A stretch of 63,748 nucleotides of DNA, the filler included, from Sphacelaria rigidula (taxonomy: Eukaryota): NCBI GenBank assembly GCA_964200075.2. It is 6 parts of 6 records of this genome, joined end to end, with 100 filler letters (N's around TTAATTAATTAA, not from the genome) between each part and the next. Parts side by side here need not be neighbours in the genome. Positions count along the whole stretch, not along the records: positions 42,568 to 53,108 come from CAXNAA020006312.1; positions 53,209 to 63,748 come from CAXNAA020006313.1; 4 more parts are not named here. The stretch is one strand, 5' to 3'. Each line of letters opens with the position of its first letter. Position 1 is the stretch's first letter. The translations under genes were made by a program, and so were the position numbers. Below are positions 51,281 to 63,748 of this stretch, one piece after another. Under the pieces are notes generated by a model. It searched no databases and was not told the DNA's origin. It was given only the letters and a program-made list of their open reading frames with translations.

Positions 51281-53108
51281 CCGACCATTTCGTAACCAGC
51301 TCTCGTTGGACTTGGGATTCAATTCTCGAGTACTATCGAAGAGGAACATCCAACAGATGACATGCTAGAGGTGGTCCAAGGGCTGAATACTCTGTTCTCC
51401 ATCCAACAACCGTCGAGCACGCCACGCCGTAGTAGTAACCACGTGGCACATGCATGGAATGTCCGTTTCAATGATCATGTGGTCACGCTTCCGGTAACTG
51501 GTGCCTTGATCATGTGTGGCCATAGGGCTGTGAGGGGTTAGGACGGGTCACCAGGCATGAACCGCACATTGGGGGGTACTCAGGTACTAGACTGTCGATA
51601 GAAGCAACACATACCCCGTGTACGTAACACCCTCTGTCACGCAGCTGCAGGCATCAATTTTGCAGCCCACTCTGTGCGGAAGTTCTACTCGTGACAAGTC
51701 CAACCGACAGCAGGTCTTGAATCATTCCAGTGAAAATAATGATTTTGTGAGATGAGGAGTAGAGCGCTGATTGAGAGTGGCTTCGGTCATTCGCTTTTAC
51801 TAAACCAGTTTCTCATTCCGTACGTGCTTTCTTTGCCTCCATCACTGGAGTGTTCTTACAGCTACACGTCGATATATCACTCAGGGATATCAAGGGCCTC
51901 AGTGGCAAGCTACAGGCTGCTTCACGGTGATCACCCAAAATTGTGTCATCAGCAAATGCCTTCCGCAATACGCACTCAATAGTCGCATGTATATTAACAT
52001 ACTGACCGCAATGTAGAGACGAAGAGTGTGACATAGCCAGATTTTTATTCAAGGCCGTAGCGGTGACGCTATGAAACATGTGTCTCATTTAATCAGTGCC
52101 CTTCAAACTGTTCCGAGATCGAAATTACGAATACCAAGCCCAATTTTCACCCAATTTCTACATGCCTCAAATCGTAGTAACCATCATCGACACGGGAATC
52201 TAACGAGAACATAATGTTTTCAAAACGGTTACGACGGGGGTCGAATTATACCCGAAACCGTGATGTTTCGGTGATGTCGGGTGTTGGCGTCGTCTAATGT
52301 CCAGTAATGATACGCTCGAAAGACCCAAGGAGCACGGTATCCCCTATATCTGTTGTAGAAGAGCTCAGATCGCCCTCTAACTCGGCAGTTCCGTGGGTAT
52401 TGATGCTCAAAATCGAAAAATTGTATCATTGACAATATACCATGGTTGGTCCGTTCACTACCGACTTCCGGGGGTCCCAGCATGCAGACCCCCGTGAGGC
52501 GGTGTGGAATGCCCTAAAATAAAAATAATGAAATAGTGCATCCCGGGAGAGTCCAAGGAACATGTGTGCAAAGTATGGTGGAGAAACTCAGAAACCTCAT
52601 CCAGTTTTTCTTGCCTTGACGTCAAATTCACCCCAAAAGATGCTTCCATACTAGAACCAACTAGTTATGCGTTGCACGTTTCAAGCCCACGTCCTCCACA
52701 AACACGCAAACTTTCTCGCTGTCATTAGGAGTTAGATCCTGAAACTTTTCATACATATGCTATGTATCATTACGCAACTTTCTACGGACGATGTTTTTTG
52801 TACTTGTTGAGTTTTTCACCGTTTTTCGAGGGTCCGACGGGATCAAAGTCGTTTTTCGAAGTAGTCTCCATTCTGGCACCCCACGAAAAAAGCACCACGA
52901 TATATTTTGTTCATTTTTTCGCGAACTATCTGGCTCCGCATAACCCAAGGATGGGCTCCACAAGTATCATTCCAGAGTGCAAGTATCTCAGGATCACGTT
53001 GCAAAATAAAAAAATAACCTTATGAAAAAAACTAAACCCTCAGACAGCGAGCGTCGCCTCGGAACAGTTTCACAGGCTGACAGTACTGAGACATTCGGGG
53101 GTTTCCAG

Positions 53109-53208
53109 NNNNNNNNNNNNNNNNNNNNNNNNNNNNNNNNNNNNNNNNNNNNTTAATTAATTAANNNNNNNNNNNNNNNNNNNNNNNNNNNNNNNNNNNN
53201 NNNNNNNN
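53109..53208. other. Artificial contig linker
   Basis: N44-TTAATTAATTAA-N44. Confidence 0.98.
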
Positions 53209-53449
53209 TCTCACAGTTCTCGTCTGTTCAAGTGTTTCTTTCTCCATTTTTTGCCTCCCCCCCCCCCCCCCCCCCCCCCCCCCGCCTTCTCCCCCTTCTT
53301 TGTGGTGATGCGAGGTCAATGGTCTTATGACTATGGCGTGGATGATCATGAGTACACCCCCCCCTCCTCTCCCTCTACACCAAGAAACAGAATATATGCT
53401 GAAAACGCTCAGTAGATTTTGTCTCAGTTCGGCGCCATTTCATCCATGG

Positions 53450-53700
53450 TTAATATTACTTGATGTGAGTGTGAACACCGACGTTTGGATCTTGAGAGGG
53501 GTCGGCAGCCCACAGTGCTTCCTAGCATGCGCAGAACGCGTTTTTTTTCAAATCGGCGCTATGGGCGTCAATTTCAGGTCTGCCAACGTACACTTTGCCG
53601 AGGGCATCCTGTGCACCCACCTTGCCCTGGGGTCCTCGGTATGCCATGGGTTGAGGTCAGGGTTAACGTTAGCGTTAGCGTTACTTAAAAAACGTGTCAA
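53450..53700 (+). repeat. Dispersed repeat (family with 51020-51280)
   Basis: Shares the motifs listed for 51020-51280 and ends in a GGGTTGAGGTCAGGGTTAACGTTAGCGTTAGCG tract. Confidence 0.75.
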
Positions 53701-54419
53701 CCATGGAAGTAAGTGATGATTCCGAGCTGGGTCAAGAACACCTTCGAATGCTTGCGGTACGCTTACAGGAGCCCGGTCGGTCGCCAAAATTCAGGCAGAT
53801 ATACGTATGGGTATGTACAGGTGAACCCTTTGGACACGAGGGCTTTACGATGTCCCGTCACCGGTCAGAAATTACTCACTTTTTTTGTGCTGATGCCACT
53901 GCCTAATCCGGCTTTACATGCGCATTGGGGGACATTGGTTCCTTGGTCCCTCAAGAAAGGGCCGAGCGGTGCTTTTCGTGAAGACGTGATTCGCGGTGGT
54001 TTCATGTTTTAGCACAGATCCGTAGTTATTACGGTCCGAGACCTCGTGTCCGTAAGGGGGCCGGGTATTATTCCTGCAGGAATGAACTCTGATAATCACT
54101 TGCTTTGCGTTGGGAGAACAAACGGACACCTAATTCAACGTTTGCCGCAAAGCTTTGACCGGCGAGAAGTCACGCAGAGGCACATACATGAATATATCAT
54201 ATTATGTCTCCATCTAACCTATCCCAATGTGTGTCGGGGGACCGAGGAGGATTCACGAGTACACCAGTTTTTTTTCTTCGCGTGGTTATATATGCGTCAT
54301 CTGCCCTCTTATCTTGGCATCATAAGGATTTATCGTGGTGAACTCGCGACGAAAACAATTGATGTGAGCAAGACACAATCGTATTTATGTCGGAATATGT
54401 CCTTGGAAAAAGTCCCAGG

Positions 54420-54776
54420 ACACTTTCAGCGTTGTTGCCAAGGCTAACGCTGGCGGCGGTTAAGCCAACTGAACAGACACACTGTCTAAGGAGTGTACAC
54501 AGAAGGTGATGCTGAAGGGGCCACTCGAGGGCAAAAAAGTCTTCGAAAACCCCCTGTGCTGTACAGTCTGGAGAAAGCGTACGGGGGGAAGGTCAAGTCC
54601 ACTTCAGAAGGAGATGGCAATGACAGTCCCGCGACGATGTACGATGCTATCTTGCCGCACCTCCCGCTTCGTATAATGATGTGCAAAGATGGTGTTGTAG
54701 TTGTCCCCTGATCTCACACAGCACACCACGTTTCAAAGCGTTGACTTCATGAGCTCCATAGCCTAATTTCTCAACA
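54420..54776 (-). repeat. 3' LTR (distal boundary uncertain)
   Basis: It starts TGTTGAGAAATTAGGC directly after the PPT and is collinear with 60700-61057 (for example GTTGTCCCCTGA(T/C)CTCACACAGCAC). Confidence 0.8.
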
Positions 54777-55005
54777 CCCCCCCTCAACGCAAGTACACGC
54801 TGGTTTGAGTTCCAAAGGGTGTCCACTCCCCAGCACGATCGTCCTAGCACGGTGCTCTGTCTACGTCATTCAGACAGGAAAACAAAAACGAAACAGATGG
54901 TAAGAACACAAAACAACGAACCAGAAGTTCTCTCCTTCGGCAGTAGTACAGCTTCCTCCTCCGAAATCCTCCGGTAGAATAAAAATTCCTAGAGATGGGC
55001 TGGCG

Positions 55006-58000
55006 TCAGGCTTTGAGGGCATTAATCAGCTTGGCGAGGGAGCTGTGCCTATGTTTCTGAGGTGCTTGGTCCCAATATCGGCAAGTTGGTCCTCGGTTTC
55101 GACGTTGCGAAGGCTGGTTCTTCCCTCCCCGAACAGTTCCTGGATGAAAAAGTGCCGCAGAGCTACGTGCTGCTCTCGCGAGCTGTAGGTCCGGATGCCG
55201 GTGACGTGAAGAGTTGAGGTGTTGTTGACGGGAACGGAGTCGAGGCGCGTACCGAACCCCAGCTCTCGCATCATTTCGAGAAAAACACGCCCTCCTCCGT
55301 CGTTAGTACTCCGGTCATGAGCTTTGCTTCCATGGTCGATTGCGCCATCAGTCCTTTTAGCCCCAGCTTGAAGTTGATCGGGCCATTCGAAAGACAGACA
55401 GGGCGCGGAGAGGTCGATTTACCGTTGTCCGACTTGTTACCTCAGTTCACGTCGAGGAGCGCCGTCAGCTTGAAGCCACCTTATTGTAGGTGATATTGAA
55501 GTTCGTTCTGACGGTCAAGTACCGGAGTAGATTTTCGGCCGCCGCCATGTTCACCTTGAACGGTTTCGACATCGCCCGCGCCAGTCGATTCACGGCATAC
55601 CCAATACCATAGCGAGCCACCCATCCGCGCTATACGGTGCTGCCTGTGATGGCCTGGAAGCGCTGCTTGTCCTCCCTGTTCAGCAGCCTCTCGTGCAGAT
55701 GATCTAGTGAAAGTTCCTGCCCCACCCCAGAAGTATCTGCTGAATTGCAGTTCGCCATCCCGCATCACTCTTGCTGGGACTTGGTAGGGTTCCCTCGGGT
55801 AATAGTAACCATCCTCTTCTCGCGGTCATGGGTAACTCCTAGCCCGACAACCAACGACACGTCTTCCATGCCGGTCATCGAGAACGGTCACATCAGTCTC
55901 CGCTGGATCTTCTCGAGCACTTCTAGATCTTTTTCTAGCAGTGAAACTTCATTCACGAACAAGTTCAAGACGTACTGAGTAGCTATTTCCGCTCTCCGAA
56001 TAGATGTATACACAGGAATTCGACTTGAGGATATTGAAATCTGTTTCCGCCCGATGTTTGTCGACCCTGCCTCACTAGAAATTTTGAACTTGAAGAAGGC
56101 CGTGGAGGTTTCTGTGAGCCCTCATTACCATTGAAACACCGGTGGCGTCAAACTCCTCGTATTCGAACGCCTGTTTCCCGTACGCTTCCTCCTTCAGTTT
56201 AGCGCTCACAAAAGTGGTATTGTAGTCCAGCTGCCAGCACTCCAGATTATACTCCGTCGCGATTGCCAGCACCGTACGGATGCTCTGAAGCCTTAAAACA
56301 AACATGCCATCGCCGTCGACGCCGGGGACTTGACCCTAGCCCAGCACGACGGCTCGACCCTTGTAGGGTTCATCCTATTTGTTCTTGTCGACCCATCCGT
56401 GTGTGACCCCGGCTCGTGCGCCCATATATACCGAAAGGTGTAGACTGGCGTCCAGGATGGATGGGACGACAACAACACCCATCGAGAACCGATCACCTTT
56501 TTTCCCGGTTGGGACGAAGGTAGCCGGCACGAGGGTGTACACATTGTTCGTCTTCGGGCTTACCACTCTCTTTGTCTGAGGCCGCCTTCCCGTGCTCCTT
56601 GGTCAGCATGTTTGATGATTCGTTGAGCATGCTCGTAACTTGTCTTGTCTTCTCCCCCGCCGAACAGTTTGAGACGCTGAGCGTCGCGTAGGAATACTCC
56701 ACGAAGGTTTTTTTGCTTCATACGTCTGGTGCGCGACATCCGGTAGAAGCGCATTGGTGTGGAGTTTCAGTCCCAGTTGCTCGAAAAGCGTGTTGTCGTC
56801 GGCGATCGCTGCAAGATGAGTGGAGGTGGGGCTGTTGTTGGCGCTGTATTCCCTCAAGGAGCGCGCTGCGATGCCTCCACGTGTCACCGCTTGTGTCACC
56901 TGGTGACGAGAGTGTGAAGGATGATGAAGCGGCGGTGATTCGGCCGGCAGCGTCTCCACGGGATTGCCAATCCCGTCCTGTGGGAGTGTCACGGGTTGCC
57001 CCAGCGATTCCCTGCCCTCTGGGATTCCCGGTAACAGCGCCCCTCTACAGTCAGGGGCACCGTCGTGTAGCATGTCCCGCCTGGTGATGGTTCTGCTTCT
57101 CTCCAGAGAGTCAACCACCTGTGGATTGCTCGAGATCCCGCCGGCAGTGGTGTGGTCGGTAGAAACACGGGCCGCTTAAGCCAGCACGGAGGTGTGGTCG
57201 CGAAGGTCGCGCAGGAAGCCGTCATCTGTGGTGTAGTTGTAACCCACAGTATCATCAGCCTCCTCGTCGCGCGGATGCGTCAGAAGCTGAGGCTCCCCCG
57301 GCGGCGGTAGGCGTGACGGCGTCTCGATGCAGACGAAGGTTTTGCTTTCCATGACGCGTCGAGTGGTCGGGTTGTAAACGCTGTAGCTGTTGCTGTCGTT
57401 GACGTGCCCAACCAATCGTCCTTCAAATGCCTTGAGAGCGATGTTTTGGGTGCGCCGCTCGATATGTACGGAAGTCTTCGCTCCGGTAACGCAAATATAC
57501 CCTAGGTCTGGCTCCGTCCTCTCCAGAATCTTTTATGAAGATTGCATATCGAGCGTGGTATACGGTGCTGTCTTTCCAATATACTCTGCCGTGAACACCA
57601 GTTCCTCCAGGGGAATATTGACAGTCCGCTGTCGGCGATCATGCACCGGACCATGGTTGCGAGCGTCCTCTCGGTGCGCTCGGATAGGCCGATTTACTGT
57701 GGCGTGCTGGTGCTGGCGTACTCAAGCAGTACTCGTGTGTGGCAGCAGAAGCCCTCGAACTCGTGGTCTACGAACTCGCCCCCTTGTCAGTCCTCAGTCG
57801 CTCGATGCAGACGCCGCCAGGAATCACCATCGACTGCACAATTGACTGGAATGCTTGGAGGTCGCCGTCCTTGGCCTGCAGGAATAAAATCTCCGCCCAC
57901 TTGGTGTACTTATCGAAGATCTTTCAGGTCTACTTGAAGCTCGCGACCGCCTCTGGCGTGGATTGTTCCACATCAACTGTATGATGACCAGCTGAAACGC

Positions 58001-59701
58001 GCGATGGATCTTGTGGTCGGCCGTCTCCGGGTGGACCAGTTGGTGGCTTTTCCCACCGACCTAAACATCACGACCCGGTACGATTCCGCCGAAGTACAAG
58101 CCGTTGGAATCCACCTTCTTCAGGAGGTTCAGGATGTTACGGTTGAGATAGCCCATTTCACCGATGCAGTAGGGTGGTAGTAACTGCAGCTTGCTTTACC
58201 AGTCCAGGCGCGCCGTTTCCGCTGTGGAATTCCAACGAAAAGAAATATAGGTCGCTCTCCGGTTCCTGGAGCGGGACGCCAAAGTTGTCTTTCTATGGCC
58301 TCGGGTCGTTCACGTCGAAGATGGATACAGTGCAGTTGCTCATCGCCTTTTTGACCGAAAACAGGTGCCGCCCCAAGCCAGGCACGACGATGATATGCCC
58401 GCGCAGAAGTCCCTAGTCAACCCTCGCCAGTTGATGCCCTTCTGCAGTTGTGATCTTCCGCGGTACAGTCAGCTCTTGACAGTTGAAGAGTTTGTACCCA
58501 AATCCGGGATGATTGTATCGTCGAAGTAGTGTCCTGACGCCCGACCATTCACCATCACGCCGACGGTACTATCGTTGCCGCCGTTTCACTTTCCTCCCGC
58601 CGGTCCCGCTTGCGAGAGCCAACCCATCCCCCGCGTTGGTGATGTCGCCAAACATTTCAGGCTAGCTAGTGATGTTGTTCTTCGACGTGCCATAGAACGA
58701 GCTACCGAACGTCAGCCAGATGTAATGTGTTGCGGCTGCTATCGCCAATGCACGGGCAATATGAACCGTGCAATGTGAACAGGGCTCCGCTGATCGCCAG
58801 CAGCATGCTATTGGCTCGGCCCCGAAGCCCCCGTCCCTCGACTGACGCTTCTTCCATTGCGAGAGCTGATCCCGCAGCCTCCTCGCCGTTCGCACAGTTG
58901 GGTCGCTTCCCACACGGCGCGATCTCTTTTGAGATGGTCTGACTTTCTGCAGAAGTAGCACTTGCTGCCGATCTTTTCACTACTGTCGGTTCCCCCGCTT
59001 GCGTGCATAGCAACGTCACGACCTGCGACCAAGTTTGCGTCGTTCGTGCGAGAGAGATGGTCGATGTACATGGTGCTGACCATGTGCCGAATGTTCGCCA
59101 AATCAAAATCGCGTTTCTCGCAACTGGCAATACGCACCCTCTAGTACTCGGCAGGAAGAGCTCGGAGAATGATATCTTCATCACGCTTGTCAGGCACTGG
59201 CTGGACCGTTCGTTGCCTCCATTTGGTTGCGATAGCCGTCCATGATGCAGTCCGGAGGTAGTCCAGACGGTTTTTTTACATCATGGTGATGTGTAACCCT
59301 TCACGGCACTCCCTCCTAGCCTCCTTCATTTTGCTGTTCTCTTCCACCGCCGCACACACCGCTTGCCCGTTCCCGACCCCATCTTCGTATGTCTTACCCA
59401 TGTGTCGTTCCAGGGTGTTTTATGCGGAGAGCTCCGTGCTGAAAAGCAAAGCACTAAACAAACGTTGATTTCTGCAGTTACATGCCGTCATGGCTACCGC
59501 ATCACGGGGCGGCGTATCGTTGCCGATCAGGGTGGTCTTCGGTGTCAGCTGGCCCTGTAGAATGTCGGCAACCCCCTGCTGATAAAGTGACAGTACAACA
59601 TGGAGTTGGTCTTCATTCTCGCTGAAGCTGGCTTTGTCCCATCCGCCGAATCGCAGACATAGTTTCAGCACCTCATGGAGGTTCTTATCGTTGTTCGGCA
59701 T
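55006..59701 (-). pseudogene. Copia gag-pol with many stops and frameshifts
   Basis: Gag MPNNDKNLHEVLKLC; Zn knuckle CYFCRKSDHLKRD; protease MVNGRASGHYFD; integrase RLRADKGGEF..NTPQ*IGLSER; RT VIGSRWV..WQLDYNTTFVSA; RNase H AQSTMEA..HVALRHFFIQEL..DQLADIGTK. Confidence 0.92.
56398..56476 (+). mobile_element. 5'-truncated SINE inserted in the Copia RT with a 7-bp target-site duplication
   Basis: The SINE 3' end CCGAAAGGTGTAGACTGGCGTCCAGGATGGATGGGACGACAACAAC is flanked by ACCCATC at 56391-56397 and 56477-56483. Removing it restores VIGSRWV-DKNK. Confidence 0.85.
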
Positions 59702-59919
59702 GGCACTACCTCTTTGACTGTAAGCAAGGGAAAAATAGCTGGCACCATAATAGCGTAGATGTCTCCCGCCGCAGCAACGGCTTGTCCCGACGCCACTGCA
59801 CTTCAAGGCCACGGAAACATGATGACACTTCCCACCGGGTCCCCCACCGTAGTACTAGCTTGACCCGAAGGCGCTTATCTTCACAGCGTGAATGAGTTGG
59901 GGTGCTATCGACATCATTT

Positions 59920-60235
59920 ATATGGTCGGTGCATTTAGGCCGCGGCACAATGCTGTACTAATAGGGACGTACAGACGTAGTGTCGCCCTCCCGAAACGAA
60001 GCACGCATCCTACGTCGTTCAGGCCACGGTGCGACACTGTAGTGCTACACGCGCACATATATAGTGCTTCACTCCTAAAAAATCACGCATCCTACCCCGT
60101 TCAGGCCGTGGCGCACTGCTGTAGTGCTACACGCACACAGATGTTGCGCCGCCCTCCTCGAAATCACGCACCCTACTTCGTTCTGGCCGTGACACACTGC
60201 TGTAGTGCTTAGCGCACACAGATTAGTGCCAACTT
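59920..60235. repeat. ~81-bp minisatellite, 3-4 copies
   Basis: CACGCA(T/C)CCTAC..CGTTC(A/T)GGCC..CTGTAGTGCT units start at 60002, 60084 and 60165, with a degenerate unit near 59920. Confidence 0.85.
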
Positions 60236-60699
60236 GGCTTTAACTTAACTCACGTTTGTTTCCAAGCAAAAACCCTCTGGTGATCCTAGCTGCTGCTGCT
60301 CCGTGCTCCGAGGGTCCTGCCACGAAGATTCCTGAAGCACGTGCCGTGTGAAAACATGCGAGGCTCAATAAACTGTTGGGAAATCATTGGGCTGAGTGAT
60401 GCCGCGACAGTTCCCCCCTAATGGTCAAACGACTAAGGCAAGCATCAAGTGAGTACGCCCCCCTCCCCCACCCCCCAGAAAAATGTCTAGTTTGAGGAAG
60501 CAAAGTGCACATGGAAACCAAAATGACAAGCCGAGCACACCGGGCAGCTGGGAATTCCCACGCTCGAGCTCGTTTTCGCCACTGTTGCCCATATGAGGGG
60601 CTTCATGAGTCTGAAACCAGCTAGCGCGTGCATTTTGACCATTTTCTCCGTGACGGTTTTGGGGCTGGTTTGGGGGGGGGGGCTGATATCGCGGCGTCA

Positions 60700-61057
60700 C
60701 TCGACAGCTTCAGTGTGACCGTAAAGGCTGGCGCTCGCAGCCGTTGAGCTGACAGGACAGACACACCGTGTCAGGAGTGTAGATAAAAGGTTGTGCTAAC
60801 GGTGCTGCTTGCGGGCAAGAAAATCTCAGCAAAACCCACTGTGCTGTGCAGTCTGGAGAAGAGTACAGGGGGGATGTCACACTTTCGACGGAGATGGCGA
60901 TAATCGTCCTGCGATGATCTACAACGCTATTCCGCTGCACCTCCCACTTCCAATGCTTGATATGTGAAAACGGTGTTGTTGTTGTCCCCTGACCTCACAC
61001 AGCACGCCACTTTACCGAGCGTTGACCTCATGGGCTCCAAAGCCTCATTTCTTGATA
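60700..61057 (-). repeat. 5' LTR-homologous segment
   Basis: Diverged direct copy of 54420-54776; it begins TATCAAGAAATGAGGC rather than TGTTGAGAAATTAGGC. Confidence 0.75.
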
Positions 61058-61556
61058 CTCTCTGGCAGCGGGCGCATCCCAGTACAACGTATTGATACCC
61101 TCGTCCTCAAACGCTGACGAACGGCAAGCTTCCCCAGAGTCATGCTATTATAGGGGGGGAGTATTTTGGGCCGTTTTCTTCCACAAAATTCCATTTCAAT
61201 CGCCGTTGAAAGCGGCCATCAGTTGTTCGAACGCGCTTGTTCCGGATACATGACGCTCATGCACACTACTTTGCATCGCTTATACCCAAATACAAGCGCA
61301 CCGTGAGTGTTTGAGGTCGTTTGACGCATCTATGAGCATATTTCTTCGTGGAATCGAACACCCCCTCTCCCTATTGTATCATGGCACCCAATCGCCTCCT
61401 GACAACTTAACTAGCCATTTCCATGAGAGATGCTCAACACCCGTTGAGGGTTTTCTTGCACGATCTCGCACCCTGTTTTCCGCCTTTGCCGCGTATGTAT
61501 ACCTCTCCCGCCCCCCCGTCCCCCCCATTCTCTCCGGCTATGAAATGCAATCGAAG

Positions 61557-63046
61557 GCTGTCTCTGTGACGACGGCTTCGAGGGGCACGATTGCTCATTG
61601 AGGAGTTGTCCTCGTGGGGATGACCCGGACACGCACTCGCAAGACAACGAGATACAAGAAATCGCCTGCCTAGACGCAGACGAGGCCGGGCAAGTGGCGC
61701 TTACATTTCGTGAGGCGGAGACCAGCGCGCTGGAGGCTACCGCCACGGAGGTACACAGATTGTTCCTGTGTGTTTTCCGTGTGTGTTGTGTTTTCTGCTG
61801 TACTGCTGTGGTCGATACAGTACAGTGGCGCTCGTGCTATGGAGGTAGACGTACTTGCGTTTAGCCCCCGTTTTTGATGTGCCAAGGTTGTACCGCTGGC
61901 GGGGCTTCTGGAGTGCAGTGCAATGCAGTGGTGCATACCACGGTGACTCGGACTTTTCGTATCGTCCGCGACGCTCTTCGCTTCGGGGTTGTCGGCAAAG
62001 GTTTAAGTTTTGATGATCGGCTGTTCTCGGGGTTACCGGCAGAGGTTTGGAAGGTCGGTCACCTGACCTGAGCGGACCAAAATGGAGCACGGGACGGGGG
62101 AAGGAAGGGAGGTCTTCTCAACGTCACTTCACATCAACACACTCGTCTCCATTTCCTTCCTTCTCATATTTCCTCGTGTTTTCCCGAGTTTCCTTCAGCG
62201 AGTATTCTTCCTCGCATGGTCATCTCGGTGGGCACGTCTATTTTGTGACCATGACTGTACGTATAGCAGATCAGTTGAAGTGCGACGATCAATCAATTCG
62301 TCAAGAGGTCAAAACGTCACCGGGAAAACACACCAACAATGCGGTTTGCTGCCGCGCCTAGGGTGTTCGAGCTGTACCTGCCATCAAAGCTAGTTTGGCC
62401 AGAGTTCTTGAGGGATTCACATTTCCACAGTACAGTCATAGTTTCGAGTGCTTGCCTCGTCCGAAAATATGATCCCAGAGTGAGTGAAGGGAAAACAACG
62501 GATCGATAACGAAGGTTGCACGGCTGCGGAAGTACTGGCTAACCCAACGCCCGAAAATACCGCTGTGCAAGACAGTTACTGGAACTGGAGAAAAATACGA
62601 CGGATCGATCTCTTGAAAAAACATAACTTATGAGAGACAGGGGGGGCGTTATTCGAAAGCACGGCAAACTAAAACCAAATCGAATCAGACCAAACCAGCG
62701 ATGAAATCGATGAATAGCGGAAGTCGAATTCAGTCTGATGGCGCTCTCCGTCCATGTCTTGAGTGATGTTCGTTGTGGAACCGGGTTCGTGCCAGTGAAA
62801 AGCAATGTAACAACGAACAAGATAACGCGCTCGACTACGCGCGCGATTACTCAGGGGGATGTGGAGGCGGCATTGGAGGCACTGTCGACCGTCATTGACG
62901 TGAGCGTGAGCTGCGACACGGGGCTGTTGTGTAACGGGACGGTGACCTCCACGTGTGCGCTGGAGTTTTTAACCGAAATGGGGGACGTACCACTCGTGTC
63001 GGCCACGGCGTCCAACATCGATTCGTTGGCTATCACGGAGTACCAG
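61557..63046 (+). CDS. Stramenopile EGF-like (tenascin/mastigoneme-related) protein, two internal exons
   Basis: Exon 61557-61750 reads CLCDDGFEGHDCSLRSCPRGDDPDTHSQDNEIQEIAC..LTFREAETSALEATATE. Exon 62855-63046 reads GDVEAALEALSTVIDVSVSC..CALEFLTEMGDVPLV. Both are GT-AG bounded and join in phase 0. CxCDxGFxGxDCSxRxCPxGDDP is the EGF-like signature. Confidence 0.85.
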
Positions 63047-63748
63047 GTATCACCAAATATAACGATGTATTCGTGAAATTGAGAGTCTAGGGTACGATCG
63101 AGAGTGAGAACCGGTCACTTGATGAAAAAACAAATTCAGTTCCGAAAGGCCCCTCCGGGCTTTATACGAGCCCCGATACGCTCTCTGTAGTAGCTTGCCA
63201 CTGAAAGCCTTCGATATCCCTGAGTAGGATATCGACGTTTAGCTGTGTAGGATATCGACGTTTAGCTGTTAGCACACGACAGTACTACAGGCAAAGAAAA
63301 GTGTACACACAAGATGAAAAGTTGGTCAAGTTGGAGCGAATACTGAAATTCACTCGCAATCGAGGCAAGACTGTCAATCTCACAGGAAAATATTGTTATA
63401 TGTGTAGTGATGAACTGTTTGCAAAGACGCCTTGTATATTGCATTTGTCATTTTTCGATTGCCCGTATGTTGAAGCATATAGTAATGAGTGACCGCTTCG
63501 TTCCGCACCCCAACTTACCGATGCCAACTGGCACTGAAGAGCGTACATACGCTTCAGTTCATGACCTGGAGCATGTATACTACGGAGTAAAACGTTTCAG
63601 TGTCAATTGGAACCAGTACTCTTGGACCAGCACAATAAGGTCAGACACTTCCTACAATAGCCCCCTCAAAAGTGCCTGGTTTGGGAAGGCAAAATCTTCA
63701 CGTAAATCAAACTGGAAAAAGCCGAGCGCAACGAGCAGCTGGGAATTC

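Larger units (their letters stand above)
54420..61057 (-). mobile_element. Decayed Ty1/Copia LTR retrotransposon
   Basis: Domain order is gag-PR-IN-RT-RH. PPT GAGGGGGGG (54777-54785) abuts the TG start of the 3' LTR (54776). A PBS-like TTATGGTGCCAGCT (59737-59750) precedes the gag ATG. LTR-homologous segments lie at ~54420-54776 and ~60700-61057. Confidence 0.92.

Noticed and set aside
53647-53685. Telomere-like GGGTT/GTTAGC tract
   Set aside because: It is short, degenerate and internal to a dispersed repeat.
63224-63269. 23-bp tandem duplication GTAGGATATCGACGTTTAGCTGT
   Set aside because: It is a simple two-copy intronic duplication with no further structure.

Overview
This is eukaryotic, intron-rich and repeat-rich DNA, most likely from a brown alga or other stramenopile. 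That assignment is an inference from gene style, the DRC4 and EGF-like genes and the Copia type. The window is not one locus. It is six unrelated contigs of about 10.54 kb, sorted by length and joined by artificial 100-nt N44-TTAATTAATTAA-N44 linkers. Contig 1 holds a decayed, spliced DDE transposase of MULE/ISL3-like motif order. It has an AT-hook-like motif, a Zn ribbon and a WRN-like DEDDy 3'-5' exonuclease inserted inside its catalytic core, and is the most interesting feature. Contig 3 holds eight clean exons of flagellar DRC4/GAS8, head-to-head with a small coiled-coil gene. Contig 6 holds a decayed Ty1/Copia retrotransposon and two exons of an EGF-like (mastigoneme/tenascin-like) gene. 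Contigs 4 and 5 contain weakly supported genes of unknown function. A tRNA-headed SINE family (about 7 copies or fragments), MITE/foldback elements and minisatellites are scattered throughout. No rRNA, true tRNA or CRISPR array was seen.
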